Below are positions 14,294 to 29,080 of a stretch of 64,000 nt of DNA, in pieces. Numbering within the stretch: the first letter of the stretch is position 1; the number at the start of each line of letters is the position of its first letter. This DNA comes from Eledone cirrhosa. Lineage: Eukaryota. The stretch lies in the NCBI GenBank assembly GCA_964016885.1, contig OZ024745.1:98022001-98086000 (forward strand), read 5' to 3'. The translations under genes and the position numbers were made by a program. Below the pieces are notes generated by a model. The model was not told the origin of the DNA and did no database searches. It saw only the letters and a program-made list of their open reading frames with translations.

Positions 14294-14373
14294 GCCATGA
14301 CCGACGGTTTCGTTAATCAAAAGATTGGAAATTCAGAGAATTTCCAATGGAAAGATATAGCTCTTCACATAGC
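14294..14373 (-). ncRNA. Degenerate type I hammerhead with extended stem II
   Basis: GCTAT-GTGAAGA-GCTA..ATTGGAAATTC(tct)GAATTTCCAAT..TAAC-GAAA-CCG(t)CGG-TC-ATGGC; C3 changed to G. Confidence 0.6.
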
Positions 14374-14842
14374 TTTTCCAAACCTACTAGATATAAATCC
14401 ACGTAGATGTGGATGTGTCGCTTTCTGCCCGGTGAATGAATCAAGCCGTTAAAATGACCACCACACAAATGGGCCGTTAAAAAGAGCCGGAATAGTAGAC
14501 TAGTTGATATTTCATGTTACTAGAAATACCAGCATGATACAACATTTTTTTCTCAACATTAAGGAGAATTCAGATAAATGATATATATATATTCCAGTAG
14601 GTACTAAGTACCCACGGAAATATATATGGCGTATATATATATATTTTTTTTCATTGTTTGACCCGAATTACTTGGTCGTTTCTTTGGCTGTGCGGATGAT
14701 TTGTTTAACCACCATCTCAGTGTGTTTGGCCCTTAACGTATGTTGTAGCTCTGATTCATATGAATCATCGAGCGCTTGCCACACATCTCGGAAGTTGTTT
14801 TTCGTTAATTCCTGAGCCGAAATACGATCCTCGCTAATTTAT

Positions 14843-14894
<52 letters not shown>

Positions 14895-14898
<4 letters not shown>

Positions 14899-15068
14899 AT
14901 AATAATAAATTTGAAGACTAAAATCTAAAGAGGGCTCGATAAGGATAAATATATATCAAATATATAAGAACCGTAGAGCAAATATTGACTTTGTTAGTTT
15001 CAGAAGATCCCGTTAAGGGTGAAAGCAGCGATTCTTTGCTTAAACTTTAATCTGTTATTTTAATAAAT
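14895..15068 (+). mobile_element. Internal fragment of the non-autonomous Helitron family at 47901-48659
   Basis: TTAGTTTCAGAAGATCCCGTTAAGGGTGAAAGCAGCGATTCTTTGCTTAAACTTTAATCTG matches the reverse complement of ~48220-48285. Confidence 0.65.
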
Positions 15069-15087
15069 ATATATATATATATATATA

Positions 15088-15215
15088 CGGGCATCCACTG
15101 ATGATTTATAAGTGCCCACCTACATATATCCCTATGGACTATGTGTAGGTTTCTACATAACCTGGACATTATTTTCCCAATTTGTAGAAAACTTATAATG
15201 AAACGATCGTTTGGA
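15088..15215 (+). ncRNA. Type I hammerhead with branched stem II and pseudoknot (element extends to ~15395)
   Basis: TCCA-CTGATGA-T-TTATAAGT[two hairpins]ACTTATAA-T-GAAA-CGATCG-TT-TGGA; covaries with 50669-50798. Confidence 0.8.
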
Positions 15216-15479
15216 AAGATAGATGTATTTAATTATGTCTCATATGAAATAATACAACTGGCTATCCGCAAAATACGTATAGTTAGCACCCCAAATGTAT
15301 AATTGGGATTATACTAAGGTATATCCTAATGTTTGTTGAGTGAGACGGAAGCCGGTTGGAGTATTGCTTAAAGCTTTCTCTGTTAATGTATTAAATATAT
15401 ATATATATATATATGTACACACACGTTTTTTGACAGCTAAACCAAACAGAGAAAAAGTGGTTGAAGACAAAACTACAGA

Positions 15480-15516
<37 letters not shown>

Positions 15517-15558
15517 CGGAGTGACAGATAGATAGAGATAAAGAAGAGGAGAGAAAGA

Positions 15559-15608
<50 letters not shown>

Positions 15609-15965
15609 GAGAGGAGGGGACACAGGCTATTACCAACAGAGATAGGATGCGAGAATGAATGAGGAAGGCGTTTGATTATAACGGTTTTTGCAGATTCATT
15701 TGAAGTGATTGATAGAATTTGAGGCTCAGATATTCTTTGAAGTTGCTGAAACACCTCACACAATCTCTAGTATTCCAATATATATATATAATACGCATGT
15801 TTTATAAATGTATCTTAAAAATAGGGTTGCTAAGTGCTCTTTATCATCGCATTAAAAGTTTCTATAACTGATTCAAGTTTCATATATATATATATATATA
15901 AATGAAAATAGAGAAATTAATGTGAGCAAGAAGCCAACAGTATTTCACAATATATATCTCCGTAC

Positions 15966-16075
<110 letters not shown>

Positions 16076-16316
16076 ACGGAGAGAGAGAGTGTATGTATGT
16101 AAAATCGTATAATTTAGAATTTCATATCAAAAAAATATTACTGATTATGAGTGTGGACACAGAAAAAAAAAACAACTTTCGCTCTTTAAGTATTATCTTA
16201 GTAGTCTACAGAACATGAATTGAAACGGTTTTTTAAAATAGCTCGAATTTCCTGGTAAAAGGCTACATTACTTTATAAGGATAATGGGTGCTGAAACGTT
16301 ATGCTGTTCTAAATAA

Positions 16317-16623
16317 TAATTGTTTCTACTTTAGGCACAAGGCCAGCAATTACCCAGTACATTACTAGTACTTTATTTTATCGACCCCGTAAGGATGAAA
16401 AGCAAAGTTAACCTCGGCGGGATTTAAATAATAATGCTAAGGAAAATTCTAACATATAATTGTTTCTACTTTTGGCACAAGGCCAGTGATTAACCAGTGC
16501 ATTACTGGTACTTTATTTTATTGACCTTGTAAGGATGAAAGGCAAAGTTAACCTCGGCGGGATTTGAACTCAGAATGGCAAAGGCCGTAACTCTATGCGT
16601 CAAAGCATGGTGTCCGACCCTCC
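16317..16623 (-). mobile_element. Two family A SINE copies
   Basis: Reverse complement of the family A core and tail, twice. Confidence 0.8.
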
Positions 16624-16713
16624 ACAAAATATTGAAATCTTATATATCTGTTTGCCCATATCTATTAGAACACCAAATATATTCTTAGAAAATTATAAGG
16701 GATAAGTGAGGCT

Positions 16714-16786
<73 letters not shown>

Positions 16787-16787
16787 G

Positions 16788-17010
16788 GACAGTGGAAACA
16801 TTTCTGAAATGGCGGCGAGGGGATTGGGGGGGAAATTTGAACAATTTAGTTGTAGTGATTAGTTTAAGCTTTTTGCACTCTAAAATGGCCAGAAAACTTC
16901 GATATGCGATAAACATAACATGTATATAAATTGGAGCGCATATTCAAATAGTTGTGTTTTGATAGTTGTTGGAGGAAGGCATGTCCCCCTTCCCCGCCAA
17001 TTCCACTGTC
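16788..17010. mobile_element. MITE with 10-bp TIRs
   Basis: GACAGTGGAA...TTCCACTGTC; second copy at 18898-19116, partial copy at ~19785-19890. Confidence 0.7.
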
Positions 17011-17046
17011 ACTGTATATGTATAATAAAATATATATATATATATA

Positions 17047-17126
<80 letters not shown>

Positions 17127-17131
17127 ATATA

Positions 17132-17175
<44 letters not shown>

Positions 17176-17677
17176 AGCACTCTTATTCGATATGTGTATT
17201 TCCACATTTCCTCGAATAGTTTTCGCGGATGTAGAGGTTATCTCCCTTGCCGGATTCCATGTGCGTATTTCGCTTGTAGTTAGCCTCTTATCCGCTAGGA
17301 AAAAGCTCGTTGATGAAGTAAACTTCCATTCCGCTTGCTCTAGAAGTCTTATATATTTATATGTGAGCTGATAGAGTACAGTCTAAGGATTTACAGAAAC
17401 CCAAGAAGCTAGATTTAACACCTTTCTAGTGGGTCCGGGTATGATTTTACATTCATTTAAATTATTGATGTATTGTTTTATTGATATTTTTTATCTGATT
17501 GTCCCGAATCTTCTATTATCGATTTTTTATCGTATGGTTGATTTTAGACTTGTTCTATGTGTGACGGTATTTTAACGATAGTTATAGCTCTGATTCATCT
17601 GAATTATTGAGCCCTCTGCCGCTCATTTCGAATATTGTTTATCGTGAACTGGTGCGCCGATTTTTCGATACTCGATC

Positions 17678-17724
<47 letters not shown>

Positions 17725-17730
17725 TATATA

Positions 17731-17863
<133 letters not shown>

Positions 17864-17948
17864 GAATAGAAATGGCTGTGTGGTTGCTATTTAAGGTAAC
17901 TTAAAATGCAGTGGGAATACGAAGAAAGCAAGAAGGGGAGGGGGGAGA

Positions 17949-18052
17949 TTTCCTCATCAGTTGTCTACTGGGAGTCTAGGATATGTCTACCCTTTAAAGA
18001 CAAGATACCACTTCACCCCAGGGCGTCAATAACTGTATAAGTTATTGGGAAA
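17949..18052 (-). ncRNA. Non-circularly permuted hammerhead-like RNA, divergent copy (GACA in place of GAAA)
   Basis: TTTCC-CAATAACT(tatac)AGTTATTG-ac-GCCC-TGGGG..GGTA-TC-TTGTCT-ttaaa-GGGT-a-GACA-TATC..TCCCA..AGACAA-CTGATGA-GGAAA. Confidence 0.7.
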
Positions 18053-18379
18053 ACGAAGGAAAGGGGGAAGGAAAGTAAAGGGGGAGAAAAGAGAAACAGT
18101 AACAAAACAGCGAAAAAAACACAAACCGAGCAATGTGCGAGCGACTATAGGTGGGAAATATAAGACCACTCGATAATAGAAATTAAGTTAAAGACCGAGT
18201 AATCGTGAGAAATGGCACACGTCCTATCGCCGCAGTTGTGAGAAGAGAACTGCTAACGGTCAGACGAGGGGGTGAAAGTGAGAGGGATAAAGGGAGAGGA
18301 AGAAAGCGCGGTAAGAGTAGAAAGGGGGGGGGAGAAAGAGGGGTGAGAGTAGAAAGTGGCGATATATATATATATATAT

Positions 18380-18738
18380 TAGAAATTGAGGTTTTTTTTA
18401 CAAAATGAAAAATAACTGAGGTGTCCTACACGAGTGAAAATATAAAGAAAAAAAGATGAAATCGAAAATGCAACTGAGTCTTATTTAGAAAAAATATATA
18501 TATATTTATTTGGTTCCTTAAAAAAATATATATATTTATTTGGTTCCTTTACCGGTTTCGCAGTTCTTCTGCTTTTCAAAAGTAGAGTTGAGATGGAGGG
18601 TCTGTGGTTTTTAGACCCTCCATCTCAACTCTACTTTTGAAAAGCAGAAGAACTGCGACACCGGTAAAGGAGCCTAATAAATATATATATATTTTTTAAA
18701 ATAAGGCTCCAGTTGCATTTTCGATTCCATCTTTTTTT

Positions 18739-18745
<7 letters not shown>
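18380..18745. mobile_element. Fold-back PLE-like repeat with two U3-A8 hammerheads (18545-18587 minus; 18629-18672 plus)
   Basis: Inverted arms centred near 18607; CTT-TTGAAAA-GCAG(aagaa)CTGC-GAAA-CCGG-TA-AAG. Confidence 0.7.
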
Positions 18746-18784
<39 letters not shown>

Positions 18785-18897
18785 GCTCTGTGGCTTTTCC
18801 TAAAGGATTAATTAATATATCGAGCCTTTTCGCATTTGGTAAGAAACTGGTATTATACCCAATTTATTCATCTCATATATATATATATATATAAACA

Positions 18898-19116
18898 GGC
18901 AGTGGAAGCATTTCTAAAATGGTGGGGAGAGGGGGGTGGATTGGAACAATTTAGTTGTAGTGATTAGTTTAAGCTCTTTGCATTCTAAATTGGTCAGAAA
19001 ACTTCGATATGCGATAAACATAACATGTATATAAATTGGAGCGCATATTCAAACAGATGTGTGTTTTGATAGTTGTTGGGGGAAGGAATGCCCCCCCCCC
19101 CGCCAGTTCCACTGCC
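18898..19116. mobile_element. MITE, second copy
   Basis: GGCAGTGGAA...TTCCACTGCC; interior similar to 16788-17010. Confidence 0.7.
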
Positions 19117-19249
19117 ACTATATATGTATAATAATAATTTAAAAAGAAATATATATATATATATATGCTCTGTGCCCTTTCCTAAGGGGTTAATATATCG
19201 AGCCTTTTCACATTTGGTAAGAAACTTGTATTATACCCAATTTAATCAT

Positions 19250-19299
<50 letters not shown>

Positions 19300-19892
19300 T
19301 ATATATATATATATAAAATATATAGAGGGGAAAGACACAGAAGAGTGTGTTTTTCTTTACAGGAATTTCAAACCACCAGCGTGAAGAGAATATAAGAGGT
19401 ATAGGAAAAACATTAAAATTAAAAGTATAAATTGCTTTTACTTTCTGTGGAACGCTGCACGGACGCACACACACATAAACATACGCGCACGTACATACAC
19501 TCGCACACATGGTAATAGTTACAGAGTTCACTTTGCCTCTCTGTTTCTTACTCTCCCCTCTCATTCCCTCATTGACATTATGCATATTAATTAAAGTTTG
19601 GCGTCGTTGGGGTGGGCGGAGTCGTTTGAAACCTATGAACCAATGATAATCGAGAATTATGACACACGGAAGAATGACATTGTTGAAATTAATATATAGA
19701 TAAACATCAATCTCTCCCCCTGTCTGTATCTAATATACAACACACTCTTCCTACCTTCCTCCCTATATCAATTACCTTCTGTCTCTACATAACATGTACA
19801 TAAATTGCAGCGCGTTTACAAATAAATGTGTGTTTTGGTAGTTTGGGGAGAAAAATATAATTATTGGTGTGGAGGGTGGGTGGGGGGGGGGA

Positions 19893-21064
<1,172 letters not shown>

Positions 21065-21100
21065 CGTGTCCCCCTTTATAGCATATGTATTGTTTTTGTT

Positions 21101-21380
21101 GTAGATTGGCAGTATCGGCAGAGAGTCAGACGCCATGCTTTACAGCATAGAGTTACGGTCCTTTACGGTCTGAGTTCAAATCCCGCCGAGGTGAACTTTA
21201 CCTTTCATCCTTACGGGGTCGATAAAATAAAGCACAAGTAATGCACGGGGGTAATTGCTGGCCTTGTGGCAAAATTAGAAACAATTATTATTATTTGCGT
21301 TGCACAAGGGTGGTAGATTGGCAGTATCAGTAGAGTGTGGGACACCATGCTTTGCAGCATAGAGTTATGGTCCTTTACGT
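21101..21380 (+). mobile_element. Family A SINE plus the head of a second copy
   Basis: Family A motifs. Confidence 0.8.
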
Positions 21381-21469
21381 TCACTTCCACTTTGATTATA
21401 AAGTAAGTTCTAGTCAAAATTTGGTTGATGATTCTATGCAGATTTAACGCATGATGGCAGCCCCTTCAA

Positions 21470-21617
21470 TGAGTTTTGGTAAACTTGAAGCACGGGCGAT
21501 CATGAAGTTTCTCTTCTTTCAAGGCAAAGGAGCAGGAGAAATCTATGGCGAGATGGAGGAAGTTTGAAAATGTCTGCCCATCTTACTCCACAGAGAAAAT
21601 TTGGGTGTCAGAGTTTC
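21470..21617 (+). pseudogene. Mariner transposase N-terminal HTH fragment
   Basis: EARAIMKFLFFQGKGAGEIYGEMEEV, then a disruption, then CPSYSTEKIWVSEF. Confidence 0.7.
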
Positions 21618-22562
21618 CTATAACAGACCCGTTTATCTTCCCACTCTAGATCTGCCTTATAACTCTATCCTACTTCAACAGAAATACAACGCTCTGCGCA
21701 TATATGTTTTTTTTGTTTATTATTCTGGAGATATCGACATAAGATGTTTAAATTAAATTTCAACTATATTGATCTCACATGCCTGGGAGGATCTGCAAAG
21801 AACATGGTCTCTACCTCTCCATATAAAACACACATAGATATACACATAAACACAGATATACACACGCACACAGAAACACACACATACACATATATACACA
21901 GATATACACATATATGCATATATACACACGCACACAGAAACACACACATACACATATATACACAGATATACACATATATGCATATATACACACGCACACA
22001 GAAACACACACATACACATATATACACAGATATACACATATATGCATATACACACACACATACATACATATACACAGATATACACAAATACACACACATA
22101 CAAGGATATACACACACATACACAGATATACACATATACACAAATGTACACACATACACGGATATACAAACACCTACATAGGTATAGACACACATAAACA
22201 CAGATACACACACACAGCTACACGCCCATAGATAGATCTACACCCATATACACAGATATACATACATACAAACATGCCTACATATAGAGGCATACTATCG
22301 CGCAAAATTGTCTATAATGAAAATGGAAAATTTACAAATAATTTGGCGGATTATACAGCTGAAGTTGAATTTACTTGCATGATGATAATGATACCTTAGA
22401 TGCAAGAACATACATTTCATAAGTAAGTATAAAGTAGGTACTTGTAATTTTTCTCGTTGTAGCTATAATATTAATATTAAAAGATTATGAAGAGAAAAAC
22501 CTGTATGTTTGTAAATATCTGTACGACATTGTTAGTGCACGCTTATGCGTGTGTGTGTGTGT

Positions 22563-22624
<62 letters not shown>

Positions 22625-22677
22625 GAATTCATATGTATGTGTGTATATGTATGTATGCATATATGCATATATATATA

Positions 22678-22752
<75 letters not shown>

Positions 22753-22836
22753 TACATATATATAATTGAAGAATATACAGGGCAGACGTAGTGGTGTACA
22801 CACACATGTAAAACATTTATAATCATTCATATAAAC

Positions 22837-22867
<31 letters not shown>

Positions 22868-22873
22868 CATACA

Positions 22874-22945
<72 letters not shown>

Positions 22946-23295
22946 TATTCATGTGAGTAGTATGCAGGTGCATGTGTATATGTATGTACAGAAGCTATAT
23001 GTGCAACCCTTTACATTTTCTGAATAAAAATCGCGAAGAAGGAACCGGTGATTATGGTAAAAGGCATTGACGTCGATACTGTATCATGGCAGGAGATGTT
23101 ACTTGTAGTTATAAAAGTAATGAATCATTCTGAGACACTTGTAGATGATACAAAATACTGAACTACTCAAAACTCCACCATTTCAAAATGGCTACCAGCA
23201 TTTAATTAAAAATAAGCTGTTCTCATTTCCTTGTTTGCACTAACTTTCATACACGTATTAAGTTGAGACTAGTATAGTAGGGGGGGGGGGGGGGG

Positions 23296-23763
23296 TAGAT
23301 GAACAGAATTGGTAGAGCATCGGATGAAATACCAAACCAAAGCAGTATTTCTTCCGCCTCTTTACATTCTGAGTTCAAATCCCGCCGAGTTTAAGCTTTG
23401 CCTTTCATCCTTACGAGGTCGATAAAATAATGGTTTCTTATATAGGCACAAGGCCAGCATAATTTGGGGGAGGGGGTAGTCGATCCAATCGACCCCAGTG
23501 CATTACTGGTACTTTATTTTATCGACCCCGTAAGGATGAAATGCTAAGTTAACCTCGGCGGGCTTTGGTCTCAGATCATAAAGGGCCATAACTCTATTCT
23601 GTAAGCATGGCGTCCGACCCTCTACCGTTACTGCCAATCCACCGCCTTACGAGGTTGATAAAATAGTAGTAGTAAAAAATACTAGTAACGCACTGTGGTT
23701 TGATGCAATCGACTTTCCTCTCCCCAAAATTGTCGACCATGTTTCTAAATCAGAAACCATTAT
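23296..23763. mobile_element. Family A SINE (plus) interrupted by a full-length family A SINE (minus, ~23431-23645)
   Basis: The plus copy breaks at the core; CCTTACGAGGT(C/T)GATAAAATA occurs on both sides of the inverted copy. Confidence 0.8.
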
Positions 23764-24006
23764 ATGTGGAATTCTATGCAGACTGAAAGTGCTTTCAACT
23801 AATGTATTTATACCTAATTATGTTTCGTATTCTGGAGTATAACGCGGTGGAAAAGCTCATGGTTGTAAATGCATAGTGAAGCGACGAGGAGATATCGTAA
23901 TAATATGTTAGGTGTAAGAGTTTAAGACAGGTAGTTCATGAAATTTGTACTTTAAATTGGTTGTCTGAAGTACGGTCTGTGGCTTATGAGTTTGAGGTTC
24001 CCACCC

Positions 24007-24052
<46 letters not shown>

Positions 24053-24345
24053 TTAAATGTATAGGAAAAACAAATACTTGTCGTGAAGTATAGAAAAATG
24101 AAGAATTTTATCAAAATGTTGGTTCTTTAACATATGTTTCAACATAAGTCTCTCTCTCTCTATATATATATATATGTGTGTGTGTGTGTTAGATTTTGCC
24201 TACCACAATGTTCGATTTGTCAAGCTATTTAAACGTATGTTATTACTCTAAGGACCTACCTTATCGAGTGCTTTGCTAACTCATTATTTCATATAGTAGG
24301 CCGAATTTGCTTGCAAACCGCCAGAGATTCGATTTTACTAAGTAT

Positions 24346-24450
<105 letters not shown>

Positions 24451-25432
24451 GTGATAGATTGATAGAAACAGCACACATTCGCACCCCACCCACCCCCCCC
24501 CCACACACACACACACACACACCGGTATCAAGAACAGGAAAGTTTTTTCGAGGAAGATTTTTGGATTTTTTTTAAATTAAAATTTTTTTAGGTACTTTCA
24601 ATGGTTTCAAGTTTTTGTAGATTTTGTCGTCTGAAGAGCTCATGCTTTCATAACTGATAATCTTCAGTGAAATAATTTAAACTATAATAAAGGAAGGTCT
24701 GCGGGAATGCGTACGGCTTATTTCTTTTAATCCAGTTAGTAAAATAAGTTGGATTACTTTGAATAAATAAGGAATGAATATTACATAATTTATGTCCTAA
24801 ATTTCGAAACTAAATTTCGTAAGCAAAAATAATTTAAAATTGACTTTTTTTCAAATTTTCATTCACATTTCTACATTTCCGATATATCGTCGCCACCACC
24901 ACCACTTCAACTACCATATATATAGAAAGAGAGAGAGAGTGTGTGGTGAGAGAGATAGAGAGATTATGATTTTCTATAGGCTGACGCGTATGAGTGTGCA
25001 TTTACATACATCTATATGTATGAGTATATATGTATGAGTATATATGTATGAGTATATAACTATAATCACGCAAACACTTACTTATAAAAATAGACGCTCA
25101 CGGACATTCACGTAAATACACATACATTCACACATACTTTCACACAAGCATACATACATTCACACATATATATTGACACAAACACACACATACAGTCATG
25201 ATAGCGTTCGGTGAAATAGAAATGGGAGGGTAAAACAAGTATAACGTTTTATTTATTTATTAACTATTTATTTATTTATTAACTCTTTTTTTAAAACTCA
25301 TTTAATATAATGGTTACAGAACGAAAACACTAACAAATATAATTGTTTCTACTTTTGGCACAATGCCAGCAATTATCCAGTGTATTACTGGTACTTTATT
25401 TTATCGACCCCGTAAGGATGAAAGGCAAAGTT

Positions 25433-25690
25433 AGAGAGCTGCAGCATCCGCAGCTGAACGGAACAAAATCCTAAAATACCGTGTTCTGTCAGCTAACTAT
25501 ATTATCCAGCCTGTGGCGTTCGAGACGTTTGGGGGAGTCGGGCTACTGACAGCGAGATTATTATCTTTACTGGCGGCTCGCCAAACAGAGGTAACTGGTG
25601 ATGCTCGTGAGGGCACTTGGTTGTTCCAGTTCCTCAGCGTCACCATCACCCCCAGGTAACGCTGCGAGCGTGCTGGCCTACCTAAAATAT
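25433..25690 (+). pseudogene. CRE-clade LINE C-terminal (restriction-like endonuclease) fragment
   Basis: AASAAERNKILKYRVLSANYIIQPVAFETFGGVG...TGDAREGTWLFQ...GNAASVL. Confidence 0.75.
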
Positions 25691-26438
25691 TATTAGAGAG
25701 GTTTCCCAGTGCTTCTCGCTATATTGCTATCTTTTTCTCTGGTAGTGGCTCGTTTTTTCACTCTTTCGTCTGCATTTTGTTCTATGTGGTCTAAGATGTG
25801 TGTATTACGTGTTTGTGTATTTTTTCCTCTTTCTTTTTTTTCCTTTTCCTTTCCTTTGTATATATTATATTGAATTGGCAGTATTAGTAGAGGGTCGGAC
25901 GCCATGCTTTCCAGTATAGTTACGTCCCTTTCGGTCTGAGTTCAAATCTTGTCGAAGTCTCGAGGAAATCTGAATGCCCTTTACAAAATAATTGCCTTGA
26001 CAAGCATTAAGTATATAAATGTACCATTAAGACAAATAATAATAATACTTATAACTACATTGGTGCCACTTCATCGAACTTCAGGTTTCGCTTTTCCAAT
26101 CATAAACATTTATTCTCTAATCCAGATAAAAACATTTCTACATCATTATCACAATTAATATGGTCTTTAAAAGAGAAAAATATTAAATACTCAATTTCTT
26201 GGAGTAAACTTAAGAATTTCTGATTCCTATCAGAACGCTTCCATTTCACCTAATTGCAATCTTTGCAATTTGGAAACTCTATTAATAATTACAAATTATG
26301 GTAATTTAATTAATAAGAAAAAAGAATTATTCGGAACTTGTCTACATAAGTCTGGAAGAACCTTTCAAGCATTATACAAATTTCGAAAAAATACTGACTA
26401 TGAATAAAAAAAATATTGACTATTAATAATTCTTGAAA

Positions 26439-26494
<56 letters not shown>

Positions 26495-27596
26495 CGTTTT
26501 GCCTTGCCTTAAAAATTGTATATCGTTTTTATATAGTAAATTAATCTCATGATGAGACTCAGTATCCTAAGTTCGGATTTAGAATGGTCATTGTGTAACT
26601 AGAAATTTCTGAATTTGCGGTTTGAAATATCTTTTGGATTTCAAAGCACTTAAATATCATAAATGTTCACATAAGTTGAACGAGTTATCCTCCTTTGTTT
26701 ACATTCTTCGTAAATAATTTTTGTTCTGTCCAAATGGATTGATAATGTATATTTAACATGACTTATACAGTTTAATAATATACGAAAAATCCTTAAAGGG
26801 AAACTGTATATAATAAGATGTAATTACAGAAGTAAAATCGAAATAATAATACTTTTAAGAGTAAATATAACTATTTATTAACCCTGTAATGAAATGACAA
26901 ACCAATGAATTGAAATGATTTTATAATGAAAATAGAATAATGCAGATAATAATTCTTAACATTATATAAAATACATATACTGATGGTGATATATGCATTT
27001 AATAGGTTTTTAAACTTGCTTTATAGATACAAATGTTTTTGAATATTGTAACAAAATATTTAGTAAATATATTAATTAAACTATGCTTCTGATTACTATA
27101 GAAAATATTTTTATATTGTTTAATTTTGATATAATATATTAGTATAATTAGATTAAACATAACCAAATACAAAAGATATTAAAAAATTTCATGGTATTTA
27201 ATTGGTCGCTTTTATTTGACATAATATTTGAAAGCAACGGTCACACATCATTTCTCTTTCTTTCATTCATTCTTTCTTTCTTTCTTTCCTTTTTTCGGTT
27301 ACGTCTTTCTTCTTCTCTCTTCTATATCTCTCTCTCTCTTCCTTTTTCTTCCCTAACACGTATATTTACGCATTTAAATATTTATGTATGTATTTATTTA
27401 TTTCTTCTTGCATTTCCTCATACTCAACCCCTCCTTATACCTATATCTCGCTCCACATCCTCTTCTTCATTAACTTTAAGTTTATCATGTTATTATTTGT
27501 GGTATATAAATATTGAGATTTGTTGTAATAAATCACTGCCAATACTGGAATTGAACTATCAAGATCGTTGAGGTATGTCATACATCAATTCATGTA

Positions 27597-27658
27597 TTTT
27601 ATCTGACGAGGACGTACTGAAAAAACAGCACAGTACCTTCGAAATATATATAATAAAA
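27597..27658 (+). ncRNA. Type I hammerhead with TATATA stem III
   Basis: TTTTAT-CTGACGA-GGAC-GTACTG(loop)CAGTAC-CTTC-GAAA-TATATA-TA-ATAAAA. Confidence 0.78.
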
Positions 27659-27800
27659 CATATATTTTGATTCTGTGAATGTCTTCATTTATTAATATTT
27701 TGAACAATATTAATAACTCCAGCAAACTTCATTGTAGAGTGCTTTTAATCTATTGTAAATCTATATTCATTGGGTAATCAATCAACCATATTAATCTTTG

Positions 27801-27861
<61 letters not shown>

Positions 27862-27989
27862 CAAAGGAATTGTGGTAAGGAACCAGATGGACCATAACGC
27901 ACCAGAGTACTCAATACTTAGGGTAGTAGAGTCGGAAATAGGAAAAAGTATGACCCCGACGGCAGAACTCAAGCCGTCATACTTTTTCC

Positions 27990-28767
<778 letters not shown>

Positions 28768-28995
28768 TATATATGTATATATATGTGTATTTATCGCCAG
28801 GAGCTTTTCCACCGCGTTATCCTCCAGAATACTAAATATAATTAGATATAAAGTTAGTAAAGTACTCAATACATTAGTAGAGTGTATATAATATAACTTA
28901 ATATAGAAATGTCTTCTACATTTCTAAGGAAATTATCACGGCTTTTCCTGATGATTTCTTTCGAATGAAACAATTCTAGTCCTGTCGAAGCATTT

Positions 28996-29080
<85 letters not shown>

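Noticed and set aside
24625-24675. CTGAAGA...GAAA motifs on both strands
   Set aside because: Stem I cannot form in either orientation.
28940-28985. CTGATGA-TTTC..GAAT-GAAA-CAATTC-TA hammerhead candidate
   Set aside because: Stems I and III do not pair adequately; at best a decayed relic.
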